Positions 50,780-64,000 of a stretch of DNA of 64,000 nucleotides are shown here, piece after piece. The translations under genes were made by a program, and so were the position numbers. Origin of the DNA: Styela clava (lineage: Eukaryota). The notes below the pieces were generated by a model. The model was given only the letters and a program-made list of their open reading frames with translations. It made no database searches and was not told the origin of the DNA. Numbering within the stretch: position 1 is the stretch's first letter; each line of letters opens with the position of its first letter. The stretch is from contig NC_135252.1 of NCBI RefSeq assembly GCF_964204865.1, positions 20,336,001 through 20,400,000 on the forward strand, in the 5' to 3' direction.

Positions 50780-51790
50780 AAATAGAATATTTCAGGTTTA
50801 TGTCAGAAGATAGAAATTGTGGGAAAAGCTGTTTATTTATCCGTATAGTTTATTCAGGTAGGACTTATAAATAATTGACGTTATAAAGACTTAGACTACT
50901 AATTTAATAGGAACGATGGCAAAGTGCTATGATTAAACAAAGGTTAGCTCCAACAATTTACAAAAGACAGGAAGGGACAGTCGTCGAATGGTAAAAAGCG
51001 CTTGGTTAAGAGTCTAAAAATACAATCTGACATATAGTCTACATTGGCTATATCAATATTAAACTTATCTTCTATAAACCAGTGAACAGGGTCAAAATTG
51101 AGTATTCAATAAAGTGTGTTCAATAAAACAAGCTACCATACTGACACAATATGCATCTAGGAGGGGAGTCCCGACTCGAATTCGAGTATCGTATTCATTA
51201 TTAGTTCATGCATTTCATACGAACACCAGGATATACATTTCTAAAGCGTTACTTCAATACGCTTCGCTACACAAAAGCAAAGTAAATGTTTAAGCAAGTC
51301 ATATTTATTGTTGTTCCTCTTTTTACTAGGTTAGGCTATGATTTGTTGGCTATGCCTTTACCACGTACGACGTAGTTACGTGAATTCGTGGATTTCCCGA
51401 CCGCATTTGGTAAGATATTTTTATTCACAGCTTTTTATGTACTAAAAGAACAATAAGCCACTGTACAAGCACATGCAAATTTCTATTTTCAGCATAGATG
51501 GTAAAACTTAGTGGTGCAGTATATTGAACTAGATGACTAACAACTTTAAGTTCTGGATTTTTCGTAGTTCGCCCATTCCTGTTTTACAACAACATGTCAA
51601 ATATGAGATAATAACATGTAATTCTTCTAGTTGTAGCGTTTTGAAACTTCAATAAAAAATTGTTCATATTGCAATTAATTTAAACATACATGCAGTTGGG
51701 AATTTAGCAAATTTACTTTACAGATACATACAGTTGGAAATTTTAGGACAAGACAAGAAATAAATTTGAAATCGAACCGACCAAAACCAA

Positions 51791-51883
51791 ATGGCCAATA
51801 CAAAACCAAAATGCCAAGAAGAAGACAACCCAGTAATATGCAATGCGTGCGATCATGTACAAGATTTTCCAGGAGATAATGAG
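51791..51883 (+). CDS. Candidate first coding exon of gene 2
   Basis: Acceptor TTTACAG at 51723. ATG at 51791 gives MANTKPKCQEEDNPVICNACDHVQDFPGDNE and ends at a phase-0 donor GAG|GTACGT. An upstream donor TTG|GTAAGA at 51410 suggests a non-coding first exon. Confidence 0.45.
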
Positions 51884-52684
51884 GTACGTTTGACTGGTTT
51901 GAATAGCTCTACATTTGTCGCTTCAAAAATATGTGTACCTATAAGGAGGTAACTGATTTTGTTCGCTTACTTTACATCAAGTTGTGTGAGGGAACTGAAA
52001 CCTATGGACAGGATGGATATTTACTTAGCTAACACAGACATTCCCCGATCTTGTAAAGAAACTAAAATAAGGAAAATCGGAATGAAATTATGGCCCAACC
52101 CAAACCTGGTACACACACTACGGGGGTACCCTATATTTTTACTTCGCCCACTTGAGCATTGAGCAACGCCTTGATATCTCACTTTTAAAAAACTAGCTCC
52201 TTGGGTTTGTGAATCAATATTTTTGTCTGTGTTATGATAGCAACATGATATATCTAATTTAAACGGTGAGTGATGGCAGGCCCAGACCGACCAGTTAAAC
52301 GACTAGTAAATTTAACGACCAGTTAACGACTATAGTTGAATATACCGGCGACGTGTCACTTGTATCAGATTTCTAAAAACAATTTTCTGAAACTACTTCG
52401 AATAAAATTTAGCCGAAAGCTGCGAGTAAAATTGACGAACACTTTTATATTTTTTTTTTGTGGTGTTTTATACTTTGGGTTGAAACACTGTGTTTTAAAA
52501 AGAATTATGTTCACAGGGATCTTTCGGCATGGCATATCTATTTTGTAAACGTCTACGCGTTGTCGATAGTCGTAGTTATAGCCGAAGTCGAATGTTTGAA
52601 TGTCACGCAGTCATTATCAGAATCAATCTTTCTCTCCTAAAACAACCAATTAGTTTTTGAAACATGCTCTCATATAAATACCAG

Positions 52685-55600
52685 GAAGAGAAAAGCAAGA
52701 AAGAACAAGAGCTACATTACGCAATTCAAAGTTTTCGTGATTACATTCGTTCTGTCCAACAACATGATGTAATCAGGCAGCATGGCACGTTTATGACACC
52801 AGAAGATCAAAACGAAATTCATGCAGCAGAACAATTTCTTGATAAAAATCCGGAAAGCTTACTGGTTTACAATCAAATTATCACTTTTATCTTTTCATCT
52901 TAACAGAAACTATCATCTTGGTTTCTGCGATATCACAAACTTATTCTTCTCTTACGTAAAAAAACTATTGAAATTAACTTTTTATTTACAGGAAAATCTC
53001 AGACAAATACGCGAACAACACTTGGAGTTCAAACTTTTTGTTGAAAATATTTTGAATAGGCTGAAAAACCAAGCTCAGGTAAATGCATTCAAAATATTTT
53101 GTGTCGGTCGTTCAGGCATCTCCTCGCCAGATAAGGATCTGCCAAAGTAGTCACTGATCCAACTTTTGGAAAATTCTCTATGTTTTGGTTTTGTTTATTA
53201 TATCCTTCGAAAGATGGTTGGCGTGGAGTCTGAAAACGAGACGTGCGACCTGAGAAATTTTAACCTGTGTCTACTTTTTGATTTTTCCATAGTGTAAAAT
53301 TGGAGACAGAACTTTAACCCCTAATAGTCGTGATCTTTTGAAAAATATTTGGACCTCAAACTTTTAGAATTCAAATTTTCATCACTCGGTTGTCTGTAGT
53401 ACTAATCCAGTTTTATTTTAATGCAAAGTTGGGAGATGAAGTTCACTGTCCAAAGGTTTCGGAGCCATGCTTGGAACGAACACTTCTCTCCCAGCGCACA
53501 CCCTTTATTTTTGAATTTTCAATACATGCTTTCATTTCAAAACCAGGAAAAGGAAAGAAGACGAAAACAAAAGCTACATGGCGCAATTCAAAGTTTTCGT
53601 GATCACATTCTTTCCGTTCAACAACACGAGGTATCCGAGCAGTATGAAACGGTCACAACACGAAAAGATCAAAACGAAGTCCATCGAAATTATTTGAAAA
53701 AAAAACGGAATTTTTGCATTAGTGTGACTTTGTGTACTTTTTTGGTACTCCCGAAGTATGTGAACCAAGTGCAGAGAAGACTTAAATGATTCTAAATTAT
53801 ATTACGTAAGATTAATATGATTTTTGAACAAACATTTCTGATGAAAAGATTCAACAAACCGTTCAAATAAATATGGTATAAATTATACACAAATTACTGT
53901 TTCCATAAATATTATCACATTTTATAGTGAATATAAATCTGAATTTAACAGGCCGATAAAGAAAAGCAACAAGAACAACAAGACGAACTTATCAAGGCAA
54001 TCAACAATTTTCGGCAGTATATCCAATCAGTCCAAACACATGAAGCATTTGCTGAATATGAAAAGTTTATGTCGTCTGATGACAAAATAGATGTCGATGA
54101 TAAGTGTTTAAGAATGAACACGTTTTTGAGCACAAATCGGGTACGTTTTACTACTAAAACTTTTTGTTTCATCAAATTTAAATAGAAATATTTCAATTTG
54201 CATATTTGAAGCAAACAATCTTATTAGTCAATTAATACATAGCATAGCTTGTAATGCAAGTATACGTTTATAAAATGTTTTTATTGTTATTGTTTTAATA
54301 ACATCGTTGCTTATTAAAGTTATACTAGGTATTTTGGAATATCTATCAAAAATAAGATTAGGAATAAACTACAAAATAAATATTTAATTTCGGAAAATAA
54401 AACGGTACTCCCTCAGTATGTGAACCAAGATGGCGGATACTGGAACGTAGTATGTGTACCAGGTCAGGGTAATAACGGTCATAACGGTCTGGATTCTGCT
54501 TGGTTTGATACTTTAGTCGCTCATAGATGAGACAGCACGTGAGCGTGTTTTGGGTAACTCTTCTCAAAAGTAATAAAGCTGGAGTCTTTCTAGTGCTTCT
54601 AACATAAGAAGTGCTTTACATTTTTGTATTTACTGAACATATGTGTTGAATATCTCATACGGTAATAATATATATATATATATATGTAAGTGCAAATTTG
54701 TATCTTCAGAAAAACCTTCATATCAAACAAATCGAGGACAAAAGAACAGCATTTGAAAGTTTCATTCAAAGTGTTGTGACAAAACTACAAAGAAAGGCTC
54801 AGGTAGTCATTTCACTACGATTTACGTCATGTTTGAATGATTCAACATCGATTTATAAACCTTAAATTTTGTTTATATTATATTAAACACATCATCTCAA
54901 AAATAGATGATATTAAAAATGTGTTCAGATATTTCATAAAAGATTATTTTTAAAGTTTATAGTCAATTACCTCAAAGTAATATACAAAAAGTGTTCGGAT
55001 GTTCTAGATATGTAATCATGAATATATATATATATATTTTAAATTTATATAATCGGAATCTTATTCTAATTCATCCCTGTCTCCTGCACAACACCAAAAA
55101 ATGGACAGATACGAATAGTTACCCACCTGTTACGATTTATAAAATAATACTACATGTCTAAGAAAATTAGCTGAGTATTATTGCTATGCACTTTTCATTC
55201 AGATGGCCACATATAAAATAAAACAAGAGAGAAGAAAACAATGGGATAAAGCAAACAGAAACATTCGCAAATTGTTAAATTCGGTTCGTACCCAAATAAC
55301 AAACAGACATCTTGGTGCAGAATTTTCTCAATATATCGAAAACATAAGACGTACTTGTAATGAAGCCGAAGATTGGCTTCAAAGGTACCAAGTAAGTATA
55401 ATCATTGTAAATTATATTCCGAGTAAACAATTCCACTCTCTCAAATACATAGTAGCTCACTTCAAATCAGTGGGCTCATCTGGTGTCTTATTTAAAGCTA
55501 TAAGTGTCCTCGTTAGTTATTCACTTCAGTGAACGTCATTTAACTTAGCCCAAAATGCTGTCTCTTTTTTTTCCTGAGTGAGTGCGCGAAACCATTCTTC

Positions 55601-58600
55601 GAGAATATTTTAACAGAAATAATAGAAATTTTAATATTAAATTCAAGGATTAGAACACTTGGCGGTGATTGAATCAGCACATATACAAACCTTTAGTTGC
55701 TTCAGAGTAAGTGAATACAATTACAACATTTTCCAGAAAACTATCACTGTAGAAGAACTAGAATCAAAGTATATTGAAGTGAAGGCGAGTCTTAAAAACC
55801 TTCGGAGTGGATTAAAACAAGAAATACAGGTGAATCACTATAAAGATGCAAGAAGGGTTTAAAACTGTTGAATGTTTTATGCAACTCTGGTTTTTATCCA
55901 CAAAGATCTTGCAGTACAAATTGCTTGCTATTCTATCAGCAGATACAACTAACGATAGTGATCCTGAACTAAAGATTTAAATTTTCGCCACTTGTCTTTT
56001 ACAAGCAATAAAATTACAGCGGACTCTTTTTTGATCCAATCAATTACCTATCTTATACTTATCAAATCCTCCATCTCTTAGAGCGATCTTACTCGCAATC
56101 CGCCTCGATGAAGCCCCGGAAATCTTTATATAATGAGCTTACTTTAGTCAAACATTTTTTCTATTAAAAACCTTCCATAAAATGCGTCAAAATCTGTGAA
56201 TATGCGTTGTTATGATTATACTCATTAGGATAATAAAACAAACTAACCTAATAATTCATTTTCGGATGTGTAACACAGGCCATTGAAGCAGTGAAGGAAG
56301 AGCAAGCAAAAGAAGAAAGAAAGCTGACCGAGGCTCGTGATAATCTCGTGACGTCTCTAGCTTCAATTCGCCAGATGTGTGCATCAGAACAAATTGCTGG
56401 AACTAAATATGCGGATACACTAAACGCCTTATGCAGTGAAACTGGAGAATATCTCAAATCAGAAGTGAGTATTAACATTGCTTAGATTAAAACGATTTGT
56501 TTATGCCAATTTTTCATCCTAATTTACTTTTTTAGGTATTGGATACAAAGTGTGCATATACATTGTTATTTTAGATTCTAGTTGCTGTTTTTCTCGTTGT
56601 AGTAATTTGTTGCCCATCTCCGCAACTAATGTGGTTGGAATTAGTTCGTTCAAAGCCATCACTTTTTTTTTTACGAATATTTTTTGAGTCCTATTGAACG
56701 CGATATTTCACCAAAAATCATACCGTTTTATTTTAATTAAAAGGGAACTTCTTGTTTTTCGCCTCTGCATTAATTGTCCGTAGATTTTGTCAGTAATTCT
56801 CAGGTCATCCTTTGCGGGACCGACGCACGCAGGCTCGGTGTTAATATTAAGAGCATTTGTTCATTTTTAATATTTAGTAAGCTGGAGCTGTAGTTTTGTT
56901 GTTAGCAATTTTAAACAGTAAATTCGACTATTTTAACAGGAGATTTCAGTAGAATCGGTTCAATCCAAGCATGTGGAGTTGCGTGATACTGTTGAAGAAA
57001 TCAAACAAAGTATGAGCAAAATGAAACAGGTTTGTCAATACTTGTAATTAAGGAATTTAACTTTGAACTTCCTTATCTCCTAAATAATTTATCATTGTAC
57101 GCGTTTGTCGATAAACTAGTTGAATGTGAATAGATTGTTTTACTCGCATATCGGTGCTTGGAGCCGTTTTCCGTTTCTCTTTGTATCGGGCGTCTTCTGA
57201 ATATCTAGATCGCCTCGATTTACTTTGACATTTCCTTTTTTTAATGTTCTTTGTTGTTCCATTTTTTATGCTATTGTCAATTACTGTTAGGCTTAATTAG
57301 GCATGTTACTGCACAATAACCAATATTTGTTTCCCTCGCCTCCCTTCACCCTCTTATGTCATTTTTACATCTTTTTTGCAACCTTTATTCACAAAGTGTT
57401 TTTATGTATGATGGAGAAATATATTACTGATTATCTTTTCAAAGGAAAAAGAAGCAGAAGCGAATATTCGACAAAAAGCATTCAACGATCTATGCAAATA
57501 CATCGACGAAGTTCATAAAAATATCGCAACGGAAGAGGAAAATGACGAGTCTACTCGACCGCATATCAATATGATTACGAACAGCTGTAAAACTGTATTG
57601 GAGTGGATTAAGAAATACTATGTAAGTCCAAAATTAATGCAATATGATATATACCTCTCCCTAAAATTGAATAACATTTTTGTGTTAGCGTATTCGAAAC
57701 AAGCTGGGGTATTACACAATGAGAAAAATAATACTGTATAAAGACTAGCTGGTGACTTCCCACCATTGTCGGCCAGACCTAAATTATCGACTTGACATAA
57801 TTCACCTTTTCAAGTCTCGACTCGACTCGGATCACACAAATAAACAAAAGTATAGAATTGTATTAGAAGTGTCAATGTGCCTTATTTCACCTCATTTCAT
57901 TATTGTTTATGCAATCTATTATGACTCAAACTCTATTTATTACTTGGAACTTCAACGACTCATGATTTGGTAGGCTTTGGATTTCGGCGAGGCTGTGAGT
58001 CGGACTTGAAACTCGAATTCAGTGGTTCAGTGCTCTATTCAGTAATTCCGAATCTACTCTACTCCCAAATTTAAATTTTTCTCGGACTTCTCTCTCAACT
58101 CTAGATTTAAGGGCATGTACTTAAAACTAGAGAACTATGAATGTGCTGATGGTTTAAACATGTTGGTGGATGCAGCTGTTTGTATGACTTGTGGAAGTAA
58201 CTTCTTGTGTTTATTTCCATCTTGATAATAATTATTTGCTTGGAAGCTACAAAATTATTAAATTATATGCTATTGCACCCTAACTCTAATCATATACTTT
58301 TCAAGGATCAAATTACATCCGATACCATTACATCAAAGCAGAGAAATTTACGAAGAACGATTGAGGATATTTATGATAAAATGCAAGCAGGAAAAAATGA
58401 GGTGAGATAGAAATACAAAATTGCATTAAAAAATTCAAAATAAAATTTAAGTGCAACAAAGCTTGCTACTTTGGACGTATTTCGTTACATATAAATTAGA
58501 GTGACTCGCATATTAAGAATTGACAGAAAATAAAGTTTTACTAAGTCCTATTTCGAATTTGCGTTTATTAATGTTTTACATTAATTCATAGCATATTGAA

Positions 58601-61600
58601 TGTGGGGCTGAATATAAGTTTCAAGTGAGAAATTTAATTAGGAGGCACTAGGTGCCAAGTACCAGAAAAAAACTCAGATTTGCAAAGCTGGAATGGCCCA
58701 ATATTACTTTTTCACAAACGCGGTGTCCTTTAGTTTCACCTTTTTTTATTTACCTGTTATTTTTTCAGGCAGAGGAAATATTTCGACAGCAAGTCCGAAC
58801 TGCTGTACACGATTACATTGACTATGTTTGTAAAAGTCTGGAGGCTGAAAGAGAAACAGACAAAACAATTGTCCAGTGCATTGATACAATACACGAGCAT
58901 TGCACGAATGTATTCGAATGGATTAATGAAAATTACGTAAGTCAGAGCAAATTAATAATTCGAATAACGGTGACCAAGTGACCATATATTACACCGATTA
59001 TTAGCAATCGACAACCATTCTATGTAGGCGTACTTTTAGCTTCATTAAATGCAAGAAGATCTGCAAAAATATTTGAATCAGTCGAGAGTTACTTTATTAA
59101 ATTAATGATTTAAACCACGGTGGCCAATTAGAATGGTCGATTAAGTTTTACACCCTGGCGTAGCAATCGAATTGAAATTTTCAAATTGAACACATTATCA
59201 CGATGAACATTTCGTCTCATTTAAAAACTACAAAAAGATTTCATTCCGTAGATAAGTTACTTATTTAAAATATCTATATTAAATTGTATTCAGCATCAAA
59301 TCACTGGCAAAAATTTTTTATCAGAATTTGATAAGTTACAGAAAACAGTCAATGACATTTTTAATTCGTTACGGGAAAGAAAAATAGAGGTAAGATTTTT
59401 CTATTTACGGTATTTGAATGTCTTGCACCCTACCTGTAAATTCATTGGAGCAGTAGGCCTACTTATGTGGGAGAACTTTCTTTCCGAATATATGTTTAAA
59501 GATTTATTACTAGGTGTAATTTAATTTCTTGGTACGTTCTGGGTCAAGATAGGTGTAATTGTGACGAAGTTGTTACTGTAGAGCAGAGTAAAGTCAGTCG
59601 AATTTATACCGAAATATTATATTATTTGAAAAATGTACTCAAGCTAAATTGGTCGCAGAGTAGGAAAACAACATTCTGACCATATTTTATCTACTAAAAT
59701 AATTGCATTTCTTTTTTCTAAAGTAAAGTATTTATCAGCAATTATTATTTTATCAATAACTATGCCCTTAACTATAAGTTGAATGTGACTCTTCGGAGCA
59801 AAACTCTAAATAAAATATTGTTAAGGTTCTTTTTGAAGTATTTTTAGTTATATATCTATCAACTATTCATTTTATGTAAGAACTCAATGAAGTTATATTT
59901 CCTAAAAGGTCGAAGCTGAGCGTGAACGACAGCGGGCAGAAACGATTAGAAAGCGCGCGGAAGTAATCAACAATCTCCGAGCCCACATTTCCGAGGTCAG
60001 ATCGAGAGTTGTATTCAAAAAGTTCAAGAACAGATTGACTGAAGAAGATTTGAGATTGATATTTAGTCAATGTAACATTGCAGAAAGACATATCGAGGTG
60101 AATATCGCGTTGCCTATGTTGGTATTAAAGGTTAAAATCTTGATTGAAATGCCATATCAACATACTAACCCAGTGTGTAACAAATTGGCTAAAAAATGTC
60201 AAAACTGTATTAGTCTATTAACATATTAGCTTGTGTCACATTCTAAGGTATTGAGAAAATCGCATTTTTGTAATAGTTAAATAAAAACCTACCTTAACTA
60301 ATTTACCTAAAATAAGTTACCTAAAATAAAAACTAAAAGGTCCAGGTTTGTAACCCCAAAATGGTCTATAAATACATAAATTCAGATAATTTCTAAAAAA
60401 TATGATTTGAGCTCCTTTGATTCTACTCGATTGGTGTTGTAAATAATTTAATTGTTTTTTTTTTGTTCAGGAAAATTCAGATACGATCCAACTGGAAGTC
60501 CAATATTTGGATATACGCAAAATGACTGAAGATGTGTACAAAAAGTTGAAAAGAATTGACACGGTGGGGTGATTATTTTAAAATTTATTCCCTTTTGAAG
60601 CTTGCTACATTTGGACTTAGTTTCGTCAATTTTACTTTTCGTAGACCTGTCTGTTACTTTTAATATTATAACGTTTATTCTTCCCGTTGTATATATGATA
60701 AAATATAGACAATATTATATAAATTATTATCTTTTCAATCATTACTGATTATGAATATTAAATGTTTTTAGTTAGAAAAGACTGAGGTGGCAAGGAGACA
60801 AGCCGAAGAGCGAAGAAAGAAAGCTGATATGTCTCAAAAACTGAAGAATTACATTGACCGTGTCCAACGTCTTATTGTGTTTGAGCCTCTCGCGTCTAGA
60901 TTGACAAAAAACGATGAAGCTCGAATTCAATCTGAATGCATCAAAGCAAATCAGTTTTTAATCGCGGTACACAAAACTATTTGCTCAGAATCTTAAAATA
61001 TCAAAAAAGCGTTTAAGCGTAATGTTGTGTCGTCCAATATGGTCACATACGTTGGGCCAAGTAATACAAAATTAGATTTTTTATTGGAATATTTTCAAGT
61101 CATTGTAGAAAATACCGCTAGTGTCAGTATTTGGCCTAAAGTTAGTTTTTCACCGTGTGTTTTTCATCACCAATATTCTATCAAATATAATAAAGCGTTT
61201 ATTCATCTAATAGGAAAACTTGAATTCTGCTGAAATTGAAAAAAAGTGTAGAGAACTAGAGGAATATGTTCAAATTATTTACAAGAAGTTGAAAACATGG
61301 GAAGAGGTATTTGATCTAGTTGTTGCTTGTTTTTTTTTTTCAAAATAAGTTCATGTGTTATATGTAATGTATATTATATCTTCGATCAAAAAAATGAATT
61401 TTTTTGAAATTCAATTGAGTTTATTATTCACGACTTTTTAACCTGTAGAGTAGAGCTTTTGTTTTCTCAAAACTTATACATATTCGCTACTTTCCAAATT
61501 TTTCTATAATTCCATAATTTTGCTATTAGTGAGGATATATATGCGAATCCAATCGGACATAGAATCTTGTTTTATAAGAATGGATCTGACGTGATTGTTC

Positions 61601-62316
61601 GCTAAAATTTAGTGATTGAGATGTTAGCTTGTTCGTCCATTTTGTGTGTAAATCCTCCAACATATAGCTGTGTCCTTCACAGTATTGTTCAAACTTTTTC
61701 AAGTAAAGCGGTGTTACTGATCTACTGATTCTAAAAATGAGCCTATACGTAAAATTCTTAGTGCTCCACTCTTTACATATTAACTCTTCTATCAGAAATC
61801 TTTCGGTATTTGGTTGATGGCTCTGGATCTCGCTTTGAGCAGTTTAACATAAAAGTATTATTTTAGAAGTTTCTAAAATCTTTTTGAAATTTTCAGATAG
61901 CAAACAAATGCAAAGATGATTTAGTAGAATGGAACAACGCTAAGGAGAGCTTATCTAAGTGCATAAATTACTGGAAACAGTTAGTTATTCGCAACAGAGG
62001 AAAAGATAAATTAACGGATAAGTATTTCAACAAAATAGTAGAGATGTACACGGATGCTGAGAATTGGTTCCTGGTTTCCTATGTATGTATAGCACACGTT
62101 CTTTTTTAATATAAAATAATATTAACATTAATATTTTAATATCAATGTTAAAGTTGCAAAGCAACTGTTCTAGCTTTTATGAATTTTAAACAAAAATAGA
62201 CGCAGTTTTTTATTTTTATTTAGAAAGAGATTTCGCATAAAGAACTTAGAGATAAACGCGAGGACTTAGAAACAGTTGCTTCTAACATTTTAGAGAGTAT
62301 GCAAGATGAGAAACAG
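52685..62316 (+). CDS. Gene 2: paralog of the Hsp70-lid-repeat gene with fewer modules, continuing past the window end; first modules damaged
   Basis: Exons: 52685-52852 (A4-like, 12-nt deletion, donor GT>GA), 52992-53078 (B2/3-like), 53547-~53693 (truncated A). Then intact phase-0 exons 53952-54140 (A13), 54710-54802 (B15), 55203-55391/55737-55829, 56279-56464/56940-57029, 57445-57621/58306-58401, 58769-58936/59294-59389, 59909-60097/60471-60563, 60772-60966/61214-61306, 61897-62082/62224-62316. The window ends just before the A25 acceptor (TTGTTCGTAATC). Confidence 0.75.
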
Positions 62317-62413
62317 GTGACAACTTAACTATAATAATTCTGTGAATATGACATCTTAGTCTTTATACTATATATAATTCGTTTCGTGTATTAGGTCCTT
62401 CAGCACATCATTT

Positions 62414-63790
62414 CTCCTATAAAATTGATGTTCATAACTTGTTTAATTGTATTAATATAATTGTTATATAAATTTTCTATTCTTTAATCATAAAACTCAC
62501 TTGCTACATTCTAATATATTCCTCCACTCCTTAATTGCGGTTCATGCTACAATGGCTGGAAACTAGCCTCTTTTTGCCCGACAATTAGATTATAGTGTAC
62601 TTGTGTATATTATTCTTGGTCTATCCTGCCAAATTAATCCACCGTTTTATGTATATTTCATGTCCTGTCATTTATTATTCTGCAAACAATTTTAATCATT
62701 TTCTGATATCCCACCTATGCACAACATTAGGTTGATATTATATAATTACTGTTTCAATTACCATTATGTGGTTGTTATGGTTTATTTAATCAACTGTGAG
62801 TGTGATTAACATTTATCGATATTGCAATAAATTAATAAATTTGGCAATTTTTGATACTCCTACCACCAAAGTTTACGTTTGGGGGATACCAAATTAATCC
62901 ACTGTTTTATATATATCTCATGTATTATCATTCTGCAAACATTTCCATTCATTTTCTGCTATCCTATCTATGCACAACATTAGGTCTGGTGTTATACCAC
63001 CCTAGTTACCCAAAACTGCTCCGCTAAGTGACTTTTGAAATTCATATGATGCTCCTTAATATAATTAAATTTCCAATTACTGTTAAGCGGCTGTTATGGA
63101 TTATTTAATTAACTGTGAGTGTGATTAAAATTTATCGATATGCGATATCTTGATAGATTTGACCATTTTTTTTTTATACTACTACCACTAAAGTTTACGT
63201 TTGGAGTAGACTATGAATTATTGCAAGAATTGAAATGGTTTCCGGCAATTGTAACTGTCTCATCTTTGTCTTTAATAAATCATATCTGCTTAAATTTGCA
63301 TATGTCTATTTAGGTATTATTGTAGTATTAATATTTTTTTTTATTTTTTTATAGTGTTAAAATGATGTATTAAATGATTCTCATATATAGGCTCATTTAG
63401 AATTAAGTATCTATTTCGGAAACGCACTCCTCTTTTTCTACCATTAACATTAATTTAAAACAAAAACCACATTATGTTACTGTTATAAATGTGTCATTTT
63501 TCACAATAAATTCCCAACCCTGATTAGATGAATTCAAAATTTATCCTCGTTTTAATCAGATATATCCTCGTTTTGTAAATAGTGTAAATAGTTCTCTATA
63601 AACTGAGAGTTAAATAAAAAAGAACCTGTGTCAATTTATGTATATATTCATGTGTTATATTGGGTGGTAACTGACTCAGATCGGTATCGGTACCTCCCAG
63701 TCATACCGAAAACTTTTGTTTCACTTATTTAGTTATTATTATATTTTATATTATGTGTTTTCTGGTTGACGAAATAATAAATTCTCTCTC
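62414..63790 (+). mobile_element. 1.38-kb intronic insertion, probably a 5'-truncated LINE 3' region
   Basis: Absent at the paralogous site in gene 1 (30781-30805 CAGCACATCATTTTATGGTCAAC). Ends in AATAAA plus (TC)n; internal duplication ~62630-62880 / 62890-63200. Confidence 0.55.
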
Positions 63791-64000
63791 TTATGGTCAA
63801 CTTCTTTTTATAACCGAGTTTCACAGATACTCTTGAAGGTTCGTTTCAATTTCAAAGATCAAATGAACAAAAGAAAAAATTTAAAATAAGACATGTGACA
63901 GCATGTCTGTTGTAACATTTTAAATTAATCAGAATAAAAAAGACATATTTTGATATTGATATTTTTTTTTCATCGAGTCTTTTTTATATTGTTCGTAATC

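Larger units (their letters stand above)
36916..51034. repeat. Tandem segmental duplication: copy 1 ~36916-44364, copy 2 ~44395-51034
   Basis: Collinear, highly similar sequence with duplicated ORFs in the track. Indels: 37883-38466 and ~41510-41755 only in copy 1; ~46543-46618 only in copy 2. Confidence 0.95.

Overview
AT-rich eukaryotic (invertebrate-like) DNA with spliceosomal introns and many small DNA-transposon derivatives; the species cannot be fixed from sequence alone, and an ascidian origin is only a guess. The ORF track hides the main feature. On the + strand, 1343-31403 holds 50 exons that alternate strictly between a long 'A' exon (168-198 nt) and a short 'B' exon (87-96 nt), with every intron in phase 0. 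Spliced, they encode about 2,300 aa made of 25 tandem ~90-aa helical repeats. Each repeat resembles the C-terminal alpha-helical lid (SBD-alpha) of Hsp70. No ATPase domain, beta substrate-binding domain or EEVD tail is present in the window. A second, module-deleted paralog of this gene runs from about 51.8 kb to the window end. Between the two lies a ~7-kb tandem duplication with a 29-bp hairpin at its junction. Each copy carries a single-ORF minus-strand gene encoding a ParB/sulfiredoxin-fold (SLDNRRL, Tox-ParB-like) protein with a C-terminal hydrophobic tail. Exon coordinates were read manually from splice signals and reading frame; homology calls are by eye, with no database search.
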